In this document: in pieces, positions 1-14,900 of the stretch
Numbering within the stretch: position 1 is the stretch's first letter
Layout: each line of letters starts with the position of its first letter
Assembly: GCF_009914755.1 (NCBI RefSeq)
Contig: NC_060944.1
Direction: 5' to 3' (one strand)
Length of the DNA: 64,000 nt
Source of the DNA: the human T2T-CHM13v2.0 reference genome, Homo sapiens
Notes under the pieces: generated by a model
Told to the model about the DNA's origin: nothing
The model's input: only the letters and a program-made list of their open reading frames with translations
The model's database searches: none
Position numbers and translations under genes: made by a program

Positions 1-2430
<2,430 letters not shown>

Positions 2431-2458
2431 AGTATCCAGTGGTTAAAAACTCACTCTG

Positions 2459-2757
<299 letters not shown>

Positions 2758-3509
2758 AAAAACTCACTCTGTGGCTTGGGCTTCTTCACATTCTAATCTG
2801 TCATCTGGCCACCAGAATTTCATTAAAGTATCAGCAAGTTTCTCCTTCCTCCAATCTATGGCAATTCCCTGTTATTGCACTACTGTCAGGGGTGAAAGCA
2901 GTCAGCTGGCAAATGCCTTAAATAGTGTTTTCTATCACTTCATCTCCATAATCTGGATTTCATACAAAAGTTAGTCATATATAAACACTGAGTATCTACA
3001 GCAAGAACATCATTCTCTTGGAGAGCCAGAAAGTGAGTTGTTTTATGAAACATTTCTAATTTAGTCAATTTTCCAAAAATAGGGAAATTATACAATAGTC
3101 ATTGCCTTTGCCTATGAAAAGTAGAAAGAAGGGAAATCAGGAGACCATTGCTTCATCTGTGGGAAACACTTTCTATTTGTCCTTACATATATTCTTTGTT
3201 TTTCCATAATTCTGAGGGATAAGGAAGAGAATGTGGCAGCCTGAATGTCTGTTTGACTGTATCTCTTCACACTGTGATTCTCATTTTCCTAATGTCTGTT
3301 TCAGAATTTTAAAGTGGGCAGTGGATTATGCCAGTTTCTAGATCCTCCTATTACCTTCCAGGGAAAGGAAAATTGGATTCGATTCTAGGGGCATGATTAG
3401 CAGAAGGGCACGCCCGGGTACCGTGACTTTGTTCTGAATTAAGGAAGTTTGAGTAAGAGAAAGCACTTTTTCCTGCTGGACTGGGCTGCTTGTTGATGGC
3501 TGTGCCGTT

Positions 3510-3725
3510 AGGAGTGTGGAGCAGGATGGTGTTTCAGACAGAGGTCCTGAGCAGGAGAGAGCAGGATGTATGGACCAACGACAGGCCCATGAGTCTGGAA
3601 GGTGGGGAAGGGGGGAGCATGCACGTTGCTAATGGAGAGAGCACGTCTCAGAGGCTGCATCCTGGCGGCTTTGTGGTCATTTGTTATAACAGCCCTAGGA
3701 GACTCACATACTCTCCTTCACCCTC
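3510..3725. repeat. Composite locally templated insertion (direct copy of 4656-4820 plus inverted copy of 5109-5164)
   Basis: 165 bp with 6 mismatches at constant offset 1146; 56 bp reverse complement with 1 mismatch; segments overlap at tttgt. Confidence 0.93.
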
Positions 3726-4324
3726 TCACAGCCATTCCCTGTGAGAACCAGACAGAGTGGCTGAGTTCATCCTGATACTCAATGGACAATGGACAGGACC
3801 CCCTTTTTAGGACTTGGTTCTTCAGCCCCATGGCACAATGTGTACCAGCAAATGGGTTTGGCCAGGTCCTCTTAAACAAGCTTCAAAATTGTCCAACTTG
3901 GACTTCCACAGGGCTTCTTTCTGTGGCCAGAGATGCCAATACATGTGATTTTCTGCATGCATGTGGTCTTGGCTCCTTGGACTCCAGGTTGGCCACGCAG
4001 CGACAGACCTGCCTCTCGGTGGGAGTTCTCAGGAAGTCAAATCAGATGGAAACCTGATCTGTGTGCACGACTGGCTTCGGCAGTTAGGTGGTGTGAAAAA
4101 TGAAATTTCTACTGGCTTCTCTTGTCCACAGGGTGACCGCTAGTGGCAGGGCTGCTTGCTGCGGCTCCTAATCTCCTTGTGGGATGCCTTGGGTTGGATC
4201 AGTTTCTCTTGGCCCCTGTGAAAGGAACTCGCGGTGGAATATTGTATTCGGTGCTGCACAGGAGACCCCATTTAGAGACAGGAAACTTGTGCTTGAAGGG
4301 CACTCTTTGTGCAGCTACAGACGA

Positions 4325-5123
4325 TTCATTCATTCCTTCATTTATTCTGTCACCCCAAATCTGTCTGCATCTACTGTGTTCCAGGCACCGCACAGGGCAC
4401 TAGGATTCTGGTGGTGAACAAGAGGCCGGTCTCACCCTCAAAGGCATGTAGTCTTGAGAGACACAGACACTAGACAAGGAATGACACATGGGTGTATGTG
4501 AAGATGCTTAGGATATGGTGGGGGCATTTAGCAGGGAGATTTGACCCAGCTTGGGGTGGGGTGGGGGACACAGAGGCGGATTCTATGAGGAAGCAGCCTT
4601 TACCCTGAGACCTGCAGTGGGGGAGCATTCCCTAGATGAGGAATGAGAGGTGGAGAGGAATGTGGAGCAGGATGGTGTTTCAGACAGGGGTCCTGAGCAG
4701 GAGAGAGCAGGATGTATGGACCAACGAAAGGCCCATGAGTCTGGAAGGTGGGGAAGGGGGAAGCATGCACGTTGCTAATGGAGACAGCACGTCTCAGAGG
4801 CTGCATCCTGGTGGCTTTGTAGCTTTGTGAAGAAAGTGGGATTTTATCCTTAAAACGAAAGGGAAGAAGTTGGAGCTGTTAAGTAGGGAGTGACATGATT
4901 TGATTGCTTTTTTAAGAGAGCCCTCTGGAGGAAAAGGGGCTGGAGGGGGCAGGGGGTACAGGGCACGGTGGCCGTTTCTGCAATCGCTGAGGCAGGAGGT
5001 GCTGGGGGCCAGTCCTGGGCTGGAAATGGGGAGTGGGTGAGGGAACTGGACTAACCCAGAGTGTTGCATGAGGTGACATTCATGCCACATGGTGACGGAC
5101 TTCACAGGGAGGGTGAAGGAGAG
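4325..5123 (-). mobile_element. L2 fragment (probably resumes ~5560-5700 after the MLT1)
   Basis: attcattcattcc...ctactgtgttccaggcac antisense L2 3' end followed by purine-rich L2 body. Confidence 0.7.
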
Positions 5124-5554
5124 TATGTGAGTCTCCTAGGGCTGCTATAACAAATGACCACAAACTGGGGGGCTTTAAACCATGGAGATGTGTTCCCTCG
5201 CAGTTCACGGCTCTGCAGGCCAGAGGTCTGAAGTCAAGGCATCAGTAGGGCTGAAACCTGCCCTTGAAAGTTTCTGGGGCAGGATGCCCCTGGGCCTCTC
5301 TAGCGTCTGGGGGCTGCAAGCCCTGCTTGGCTGCAGCCGTGTCACCGCAGCCTCTGGGCGCCTTCACGTGGCCTTTACTGTGCATGTCTCTGCACATCCT
5401 CTCCTCCTCTTAGAATGACACAGTCATTGGGTTTAGGACCCACCATAGGCTAGCATGGTCTCATTTTAACGAATGACATCTGCAAAAATCCTACTTCTAG
5501 GCAAGGTTCTGGGTAGACATGAATCTTGGCAGGGGAACTATTCAACCTGCTACA
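5124..5554 (-). mobile_element. MLT1 (MaLR) solo LTR, MLT1C/D-like
   Basis: Starts tatgtgagtctcctagggctgctataacaaatgaccacaaactggg, ends attcaacctgctaca; 5-bp TSD GAGAG at 5119-5123 and 5555-5559. Confidence 0.88.
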
Positions 5555-6559
5555 GAGAGGGAGGCGGATTTGCTAAGGATGGCTCCGGCTGGCTGTAGCA
5601 ACTGGGTGGAGACGTGGAGGACAGACCGACGCCAGCAGAAGGACATCAGGGCCACTGAACCAGAAACACACATGGACGTGTGAGTAAGTGAGGTGACCAG
5701 ACCTAGTGAGGCCCCCAGTTCTTTTCAGGTTTTTTGTTTGTTTTTAACAAATGAGACTGAAAATGTTTCGGTTCACTCTTACTTAGTGAAAGCCGTTCTT
5801 GTGAAGCTGACATGTAGTCCAGCGACAGTGACTCAGGTTAGTAAGGGTGTGTGCTTTTCATGGCGTGTCGACACCAAGCCCTCACGCAGAGCAGGCTGAC
5901 TGACGATGCCGCGTGCAGGAGGTTCCCTGGCTCTGGGGCCGGCTGACCTGGGCTGTCACCTCAGTGCTGCTGCTTTCGAGCTGTGTGGCCTTGAGGAGGG
6001 TTCTGGGCTTCTCTGAGCTGAAGTTATTTCCTTGTGCAACGGAGATGAAAACACTTGGGAACAAGGCTGTGGAAAGACTTATAGCATGGTTGCACGTGCT
6101 TGGCAAAGAACCAGTCTGTTTAGCTTGCTTGTTTATTTTACTGAAGGCATTATGTATAACGATTATATTGTATATTCTACCAAACATACCAACAAGAGTG
6201 TCCAAGATGTTGATGCATATTGAAACGTCCATGTTACTCTTTAGCATAATTTATTGACAACTGCTTGTTTTCTTGTGATTCTCCCTTTTTCCTAAACACT
6301 TATGAGAGAAAAGCCACACTTAACTGTAAGTTCTTACTTATTAAGGATAGTCTTTATTTAGTAGACTGGGAAAGTGGTGGTAGATGGATAAGTAATTAAC
6401 AAATGGATAAGAAAAATAGTAGGCTTCCCCACAGGAAGGAGATAAGGCTGTGAACAATCCACAAAAGGAGTGAGTGTAAGGACTTTTTAATTTTGAGAGA
6501 TATTGGATACATAGTTGTTATCTTTCTGTTTTCAAATTCCCCCAGCAACCCACCTCCAT

Positions 6560-7280
6560 GGCCATATCCTTGTTCCTTGCATCAAGCAGAATGGCTCTTC
6601 CTCCAAAGTGAACCTTGGGCAGCCTACTCTGGTTACAGTCCTGCCTGCCACCGCCTCCTTGTGACCTTGTCCTCCCGCCCTCCTGGAGGCTCCTCCAGGG
6701 CTGCTTCTCGTAGCCGTTTCCTGGTGTGGCTTCAGCCACTTGCTGACCCTGTCTGGGTCCCCAGGATCATGCTTGGCTTCACTCCCCATTGGACCACAGC
6801 CTTGACCTTCTCCTACACCTCCCTTCCCAACTCCAGACATCCCCCTCCTGATCCCGGGAGCCAGTGCCTCACTGCTGGCAGAAATCACATAACCAAGCTT
6901 CAATACATTTTCCACAGCCTTGGCAAAGGCCAAAGGGCTGCTTGCCAATCCTTTTGTGTATCTCAGTGTGGCAAAGTTGTTAAGACCGTGGTTCAAGTCT
7001 CACCTCCACCCCTCACTGGAGGCACCATACGTCTTCTGCCAACCTGCCAGATGCCGCCTTTCACAAGTCAGCCCCTGAAATCTGACATTGTCTGTGAAGC
7101 CTTCTGTCTGATTCATCAGACGAAAGTGAATACCCGTGCGGTATCCATTGCGGGCTGGGTGCAGGATTCTCCTGGACCTTTCTGTGATCTCAACCCTCTC
7201 GCTGGAATTAGGCACTTGCTCTTGTCTCCTTCCCTAATAGTATACTATGCTTACTTTGCACCTGATTTATTTGGTTTTAT
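6560..7280 (+). mobile_element. Degenerate L2 with embedded MIR fragment
   Basis: Pyrimidine-rich L2-like motifs (ctcttcctccaaagtgaacc, tgacattgtctgtgaagccttct). Confidence 0.5.
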
Positions 7281-7289
7281 TTTATAATC

Positions 7290-7740
7290 AAATCAAATAA
7301 TTTATTCCAAGTAGTCTAAATTGAAGTTTTATTTTCAAAACTACAGGCATAAGCAGTCTTTCAGTAGAATACCCACTGTAGAAAAACTTCCTTAACGGTT
7401 CCCCTTGTGTTGCAGATTTTCAAGGCTTCACCATTTTCAGTGTGATTACTAATATAGCAGGAAATCCTTCAAGTATGTGGCTCTCTCTCTACCTAGGATT
7501 CTTTCTCCAGGACAGATTCTCAGACACGAATGTCTGCAGTTAAATGCCCTGTGCTTCTTGAGAAATGATGCAGAATTGCCATTTGGAAGGGTCGTGCTGA
7601 CTTGTGATGCCACCAAAGATACTCAAAGGTGTTTGATTTCACTGCACCTCTGTGAGAATTGGGAAATGGGACAGAACATCATCTGGGGATACTTAAAGAA
7701 CCCGAAGGTCCTTAGCACCTTGCTCAAGCCAAGTAAAATG
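7290..7740 (-). mobile_element. L1ME-like 3' fragment
   Basis: Degenerate similarity to antisense L1ME 3' end (ttccccttgtgttgcagatttt...ccaggacagattctcaga). Confidence 0.45.
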
Positions 7741-8759
7741 AATTTTTCATATTACGATTTTTTTTTTCCAGCAGATTTTAAGCTATCTACTTGGGGGCAG
7801 AAATAAGAAAAAGCAGATGGTAGGGGCAATGAGGTTGTGGTGGAGTTCGAGGGAGTGATTGAATCTTGGGTGCTGGTTGGAAATACTGCCCATGGGGGTC
7901 TGGGTTGAATTGGATGGAAACAACACTTGGAGAAGCCTGCAGAGGGGCTGAGAGGGGAGGGAGAGCCTGTGTGGACTGGAGGCTCAGGAGATGAAGGGCG
8001 AGAGGATTGGGTGCACGCTGGGACTCAGAGGCTTACATTCTTATGTGTGGGGAGTACAGAACCCGCCACAAGCTAACTCTATGTTGGCCATGTTTATGGT
8101 TATCAGAAGTGGGGTTGGCGTTGAGGACATCAAAGCTTCATGATGCCAGGGGACTGCAAGAGTCCCCTCCGTGGGCATTGGGCAACCCAGGAGATGGCTA
8201 AGGAGACTGAAGCCAGCTGCTGGGCACTAGTGGTTTGAGTGAGGAGGAAGAGACCAGAGAGGACTGGGGCCCAGGGGCTGGGACTTAGTGGTGGAGGGGG
8301 CTGTGAAGGTCTGTCCAGCTTCCATCTGCCTGTTGTGCATGCCTTGCAGGGAGGCATGGCGGCCTGAGCTCTCTCCTCACTTGGACTTTCTGTGGCTGAG
8401 GCAGAAATAAACAGAGATGGACATCAATATGCTGGTGTGTGAAGGCACCCCATGGGGTTAGCTCCAGGCAGACCTAGGCATTGTGTCCTGCCATCTCCTC
8501 CCTGCGCCACATCTCCTGTTCAGCTCTATGCAAGCCACGGCCCCACATGCCCTGTGAGTCTGCCCTCTCCCACCCTGCCTAAACCAGGCCACTGGTCTAT
8601 TTTACAGAAAGATAGGGTTGGACATAGCATCAGGGGTCACTTGAAAGTCACAGGGCTGGAATGTCAGGTGGATTCAGGGCCTGGGGCCACCATTCTGTGA
8701 CAGCTGAGCTGTGGGCACATTGAGCTGTGGGCAGGTGGAGCAGAAGGAGCTCAATTTCA

Positions 8760-8976
8760 GAGGAAGAGAGAGACAGAGACAGAGGTAGAGAGAGAGAGAC
8801 AAAGAGAGACAGAGACAGAGAGACAGGGAGAGAGAGAAAGGAAGAGAAAGATGGAGAGAGACAGAGACAGAGGAAGAAAGAGAGAGAGAGACAAAGACAG
8901 AGAGATAGAGAAACAGGGAGAGAGAGAGAGATAGAAAGAGAGTGACATTTAGAGAGACAGAGAGAGGGAGAGAGAC
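8760..8976. repeat. (GA)n / GAGACA purine-rich microsatellite
   Basis: ~215 bp of gagaga/gagaca/gaaaga units. Confidence 0.95.
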
Positions 8977-10240
8977 CTGATTTCCACATGCAGACTGAAG
9001 CAGGGGCGGGAGCCCACTCCCGGAGAGGAAGGGGACATGCAGGGCAGGCTCGCGGTCCAGGTCCTGAGATCCAGAGAAGTCCCATCACGCCCCTTCTGAT
9101 CAAACTGGTCTGAGTGGGCTTCTGGTCCTTACACGGTGTAATCTTTAAAACAGTAACTGTTATTATTATCACATGAAACTGCAGCACTTCCCTTTCATTA
9201 CCTTTGAGGGTCGTTTATTGACCAACAGAGAGACCCATGCTTGGGGAGCAACGTCCAAGGTGCCCAGCAGAGGCACAGCAGTGCTGACAGTCCTGACAAG
9301 TAACGTGGGACACAGACCACCTGGAGATCTCAGCCTGGAGGTGCCTCAGTTGCTCAGGGTGATGAGATTCTATTTTAAGTTCCCAGGTTGTCATTTAAAC
9401 CTCTCTCTTCTGTCTTGGGATGGGCTAATGGTGAGATGAGGTGATCGCAGGGCATGAGGCAGGGGAGGTTGAGGTAATAACATCAGAAGTAAAAGTAAAA
9501 AATCAACCAACCCTCTAGCCCAGTGGGCGTGGCTGGCCCAATGAGCTGTGGGGCTCCCACAATAGGAGTATAAGCAGCAGGCCCTGCCACCTGGGCTGCT
9601 TTGCCACAGGGCATTTGCTCCAGTGTACTCTGCCTCCCAACTAGCCCGTCTCATTGTCTCATTTATTGACTTCTCCCACTTGCCTTTTCATGCATGTGAC
9701 TTGAAGACCCTTGGTCTAAGCTGTGAATCCTGAACACATGAGGCCTTGTGATAGATGCCCCTAAACATCACAGGAAACAAAGCAGGGACACCCTCGCCAT
9801 GTAAATTCAGCTTTTCTGATTACAAGACAGAAGGGATTTTTCTGACTTTCCCCTGTCTCCAGAAATTCATGCAGAATCCTGATTTCATCACAACTCACCA
9901 GATTTTCCTTCCAGGCCAGCCTGCCTCTGGGGCTTAGGTTTTAGACCAGAGCGGGTGGAAATACAGAGGTGGCTCCATTGCCAAGGAAGTCCTGAAAGGC
10001 TTCCTGTCCTGCTTCCTTTCTCTTGTGCTGTGGATGGCCTTTCTGTCTAAGCAGATGTGTGTCACGAGAAGGGGCAGGTGTGTGTGATGGCCATTCAGGC
10101 ACTGCTCATGCTTCCGAGTTAAAACCTCCTACTTAATCACTGGCTGGAAATAAGCAGTGAATTCTGCAGGGCGAGCCACAAGGGCAGTGCTAGGAAAGTC
10201 GCTGTCCTTCCTAGAACCACAGTTGCTTTTGTTAGTTTTG

Positions 10241-10657
10241 TAAAGGTGAGTGTATACACCTGTACCGAGGCAGAGGTGGGCATGTACACCTGTACACAGA
10301 TAGAGGTGGGCACATACACCTGTACGGACTTAGAGGTGGGCACATACACCTGTATGGGGTTAGAGATGGACACGTATGCCTGTACGGGCTTAGAGGTGGG
10401 CACATACACCTGTACGGGGTTAGAGGTGGGCACGTACGCCTGTACAGGGTTAGAGGTGGACATGTATGCCTGTACATGGTTAGAGGTGGGCACATACTCC
10501 TGTATGGGGTTAGAGGTGGGCACGTACACCTGTACGGGGTTAGAGGTGGACATATACGCCTGTACATGGTTAGAGGTGGGCACGTACGCCTGTATGGGCT
10601 TAGAGGTGGGCACGTACACCCGTACGGGGTTAGAGGTGGACATGTACACCTGTACAT
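10241..10657. repeat. 30-bp minisatellite, ~14 units
   Basis: Consensus tagaggtgggcacgtacacctgtacggggt at exact 30-bp period; unit starts 10271-10631 plus a degenerate first unit. Confidence 0.97.
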
Positions 10658-10944
10658 AGGCTCCAGGCTCTTCCTCCTGCAACAGTGAGCTGCCTCGTTT
10701 GGGTCATTGGCCTTTCTCACAGTTTGCAGGGGTTGTGCAGATACAGCTCCTTGCTCAGATGTCATTTCAATTTGTTTCCTGGGAACAAAGCTCTCCACCA
10801 TTTAAGATACATCTCTTTTCTCTATGGGACCCTTTGTCCATATTAGGCCAGGTCCTCTCAAAGCTCCTTCCAGTTAGGCAGTTCAGGAAATGACATGTGC
10901 CTTAGATGACAATTCAACAGAACAATTCAATGCCTAAGTTTTTA

Positions 10945-11295
<351 letters not shown>

Positions 11296-11319
11296 TAAGT
11301 TTTAGTATAAGACTGATGT

Positions 11320-11460
11320 GTCTTCAGATGCTGCCTCTGCCATTTGCATGCTGTGTGACTTCAGCCTGGCAGCTCAACCTATCTGAGCCTCAGTTTCTGC
11401 AGCTGTAAAATGGGGACCAGAACTGTCTCTACTCCCTAGGGTTGGAGGGAGAGCCCTCAG
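11320..11460 (+). mobile_element. MIR
   Basis: Core gctgtgtgac...tctgagcctcagtttctgcagctgtaaaatgggga. Confidence 0.8.
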
Positions 11461-11689
11461 TGTGACCCCCGGTGTGGAGTAGGGAGGGTTTCAGCACTGA
11501 GGAGTTTTCTCAGCATTCCCTGTCTCAAGACTGTGTTAACTACTGAAGATGGGGTCAATTACTGACCCCTGGGGACTTAAAATAATCAGTGCCGCTTTTC
11601 CTCATTGCCTAATTTATTATACTCAAGAAGTGGCCTCCAAATGAGGAAAACCTGATCCATGGCCAAGCTGCCTTGAAAGTTTTCTTTCA

Positions 11690-12145
11690 ATTCTTTTGGT
11701 AACAGCTGTATTGAGAGATAATTCACATATCGTGCAGCTCACCCATTGGCAGTGTACTGTTCAATGGTTTTGAGTATGTGAGCAGTGTTTTGCAACCATC
11801 ATTGTGGTGAAATTTAGAATATTTTCTTCTCCTCTAAAGAGAACCCTGTGTCCATTAGGAATCACTTCCATTTTCCTTTCCCCCGGCCCCTGGCCACCTG
11901 TAACCCGCTTTCTGTTTCTTTAGATTTGCCTATTCTGGACACTTCATAGAAATGGAATCACATGACATGTGGCGGTTATGACTGGCTTCCTTCATTTGGC
12001 ATCATGTTTTCGAAGCTCATCCGTGTTGTAGCATGTGTCAGCCCTCCATTCCTTTTTATGACAGAATGATATTCCACTGTCTGGATACATCACACTTTGT
12101 TTCCCCATTCATCAATTGAGGGACGTTTGTGTTGTTTCTATTAAT
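11690..12145 (-). mobile_element. L1MB-like 3' end
   Basis: aacagctgtattgagagataattcacatat...gatttgcctattctggacacttcatagaaatggaatca. Confidence 0.85.
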
Positions 12146-12214
12146 TGTTTTAACCTAAATTGCCTTTCACAACGTTCTTGTTTTGATGTAACTGTCTGCT
12201 TATCAATTGTAGAG

Positions 12215-12660
12215 TTCATTAATTCATCTCTCTATGTGCCCAGTGAATATTTATTGAGTGCCCAGTAAGTCTTGGGTGCTGTGCAAGGCATTTTGATGAA
12301 TCTGTGAACTAGGCAGGTAAGACTCTTGCCATCACGGAAGGTCCCATTCTAGTGGGGGCCATTTAGGTGCTGCTCTTTCTTCTGATCTTTAGTGGATGAC
12401 CAACAACAAATAGCTATTAATACACACCATGATGTCGGTGATGACGAATGTGGTGGGAAATGGAGCTGCCTACAGGGAAGAAGGAGTGATGGGTGCTGTT
12501 TCAGATGTGGGCACTGGGAAGATGTCTCTCTGGGCAGGGCAATGGGTGCAGAGCCATGGATTTCACTGGTCTGGGTCAAGTTCAGAAATGGGTGGACTAT
12601 GATGAACCTCTGAAGACCTGGAGATGGGGCCACCTTTTGAGGCAGAAACCTCTCTTTTGT
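12215..12660 (-). mobile_element. L2 3' fragment
   Basis: gaatatttattgagtgcc...cccattctagtggggg. Confidence 0.7.
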
Positions 12661-13709
12661 CCTGTGAGAAGTCTGACTTGGCCTCACAGGGTGCAGTCGT
12701 CCCCTGCCCTGGACAAGCTCATGTGAATGGCCAGAGTGTGGACACACATCCACCAACCTGCATTCTCAATTACGTGGAAGCCTCCATGTTCTCTCTGCAT
12801 TTGACCTTCTCTGGAGGGTAAATGAGGACAGGCATCTGCCGGGGGTGGGGGGGGGGGGCAGGCACTTTTACTGTTTCCATCCTGCAAGGTCCGGGGAGAC
12901 CCCAGGCTTTTCTGTCGTTAAGGTGTCCTAGAGGGAGCATTCAAGCTTATGTTTGTTGGACCTGTGACAGCACGTGGTGCTTGTGTTTACAGCCTGCTCC
13001 ATGTTCCATCTTCTACTGCACTTGGCTATTTACAGGTCCATAGACCCAGATGGTGCTGTGGTTTCTGTCTCCAGAACGCCTCCCCAGTCCGGCACTTATT
13101 CCCACTCTCACTGCCATCTCCTGGGCGTTGCTCACCAGCACCTTAAATGTTCTTGCCACTTCTCCTCTGCAATCTCGTACTTTCTGCTCCCAGACCAAGG
13201 GCTAGAGGCATGCTTTCTGTGCTCATGTGCGCATGCTTTCTCAGCAACCTTGTGAGGCTGCCCCACCCCCTCCACAGCTCCTCCCTGGTCCAATGGGAGA
13301 GAGCATTTGGTTTCAGAGAGAACCATGTGGTTCTCCTTCTGTTTATTCTGAGCTTTTTTTTCTTCATTTAGCATCAATTCCTGTCATGGAAAATCACAGG
13401 AGCCAACTGAAGGGGGATTTCCAGAATATTTGGCCTTCCTTGGGCCTTGGTGAAGTGGCTTCCTTGGCCTGGGCAAGTGGGGCTGTGAGCATCTGTACAT
13501 TCACAAGAAGGCTGGGGGTGCGGCTCCATGCTGGGTGAGCCTCCTCTCTCCTTGCCGGGGAAGGGCTAGAGTAAGAGTCGGTTTCTCCAAAGTGATGATG
13601 CATTCTTTCTCTTATGGGTCTGGCTTGGAAGCCACAGAATTCAAAGGCAGTGCTGGGAGGTGGCTTAGCCCTCCTCTGCTTTAGTTGGTGGAAAGGAAAG
13701 GTAGAAACC

Positions 13710-13885
13710 TGAGGTCAAAAACAGGTGGCCCGTGGGCCTAGGTCAGCCTGCAGACTTGGTTGGTTTGAACACAGTGTTTGTGTGTTTCATTGAACCAACA
13801 TTTAAATGTAGGGAGATTTCACACCAATATCTGGATTTTCTTTCTGGCTTGGCTTGAAATACTCAGAGCTCGGGTACTGCTGGCT
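13710..13885. mobile_element. MER103C-like hAT-Charlie remnant
   Basis: aacatttaaatgtagggagatttcacaccaatatctggatttt. Confidence 0.55.
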
Positions 13886-14305
13886 ATTGCCAGGCTAGAG
13901 GGTTCATGAGGATGGAATTGTCCAGCTGTGATATTGGCTGTCTCCGGGGCCTGCACCATGCCTGGTAGATGAGGTCCATCCACTTAATGAAGGAACGGAC
14001 TGGCCATGGCTCTTGCCAGGCTGCGTGGCTGCTGCCTGCTCCAGGCAGGACCTGCCTTCTCCAGTTAGGCCAAGTCCTTGACTACCCACGTGGAGAATCC
14101 ACACCTGGTTCACCTCACCTACTTACCTGTGTATCCAGCCTGGCCTCTCTAGGACATCTGCATCTGGTCCTTGGGAGCAACCGTAGGCATGAGGAATGTG
14201 CTGAAAGGGATCCTCCTTTATTCTGAAATGTGGCCCATCAGGCCTCAGCTAGAGATTCTTCCCTAAGGAAGTCTGGAGTCCCGTGGCTGTAACCACAGCT
14301 TTCAG

Positions 14306-14505
14306 AAGCGGTTCTCAAATGTGGGCAGTTTGGGCACCGTCTGGAGGCATTTTCAGTTGTCGCAGCTGGGAGGCATGGTGCCACTGGCATCTCATGGGCA
14401 GAGGCCAGGGATACTGCTAAGCACCCCCACAGTGCCCAGGACGGCCCCCGCCACAGAGCATCATTTAGCTTCAAATGTCAGTATTGCTGAGGCTGCGCAT
14501 CCCTG
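14306..14505 (+). mobile_element. MER20 (hAT-Charlie)
   Basis: gcggttctcaa...gcagaggccagggatactgctaag...aaatgtcagtattgctgaggctg...ccctg. Confidence 0.88.
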
Positions 14506-14719
14506 CGTTGGAGTCACAGTGCCCTGAGTCCCTGTCCCAATGCTGCACTTGCCCTTGACCTTCCTGCCTCCTCGAACCTCAGTTTCCCATCTCTAAAGTG
14601 GAGTGATCCTCACATGCACCTCTCTCAGCTAGATGGAGAGGAAACACCATGGCCTGCATGTAGAATCACACTCAGTGGTCGGGGTTGCAGCTCTGATATT
14701 TGGGGAGGCCCTAGCCATG

Positions 14720-14900
14720 GGGGCTAGGATCTGGGCTGTGGAATCCACCTGTGTGACTATGGGTGGGTCGTATGTCCTCCTGAGCCTCAGTTTCCTCATC
14801 TGGGCATCAAGAGAGGAATAGGGCAGCCTCTAAGGATGTGAGGATTAAATGGTTTAATGTCTGCACTCGGCACATGGAACCTGATAAACGTGCGTGAGCA
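14720..14900 (+). mobile_element. MIR
   Basis: ctgagcctcagtttcctcatctg...gtgaggattaaatgg. Confidence 0.8.

Noticed and set aside
6493-7287. 264-aa ORF
   Set aside because: Non-ATG start, overlaps degenerate L2/MIR, no recognisable protein features.
7416-7472. 57-nt exon-like segment (cttaac branch, ttgcag acceptor, AA|GTATGT donor)
   Set aside because: Lies in an apparent antisense L1ME remnant, donor is modest, peptide unrecognised; such matches are common by chance.
8648-9187. Ser/Leu- and Arg/Glu-repeat ORFs
   Set aside because: Translation of the (GA)n microsatellite.
10280-10656. GTACAccTGTAC as a steroid-receptor response element
   Set aside because: Spacer is 2 nt; GRE/ARE geometry requires 3.
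10137-10801. 10-aa-repeat ORFs and CRISPR-like 30-bp periodicity
   Set aside because: Units are head-to-tail with no unique spacers, no cas genes, primate context; unit length divisible by 3 explains the ORFs.
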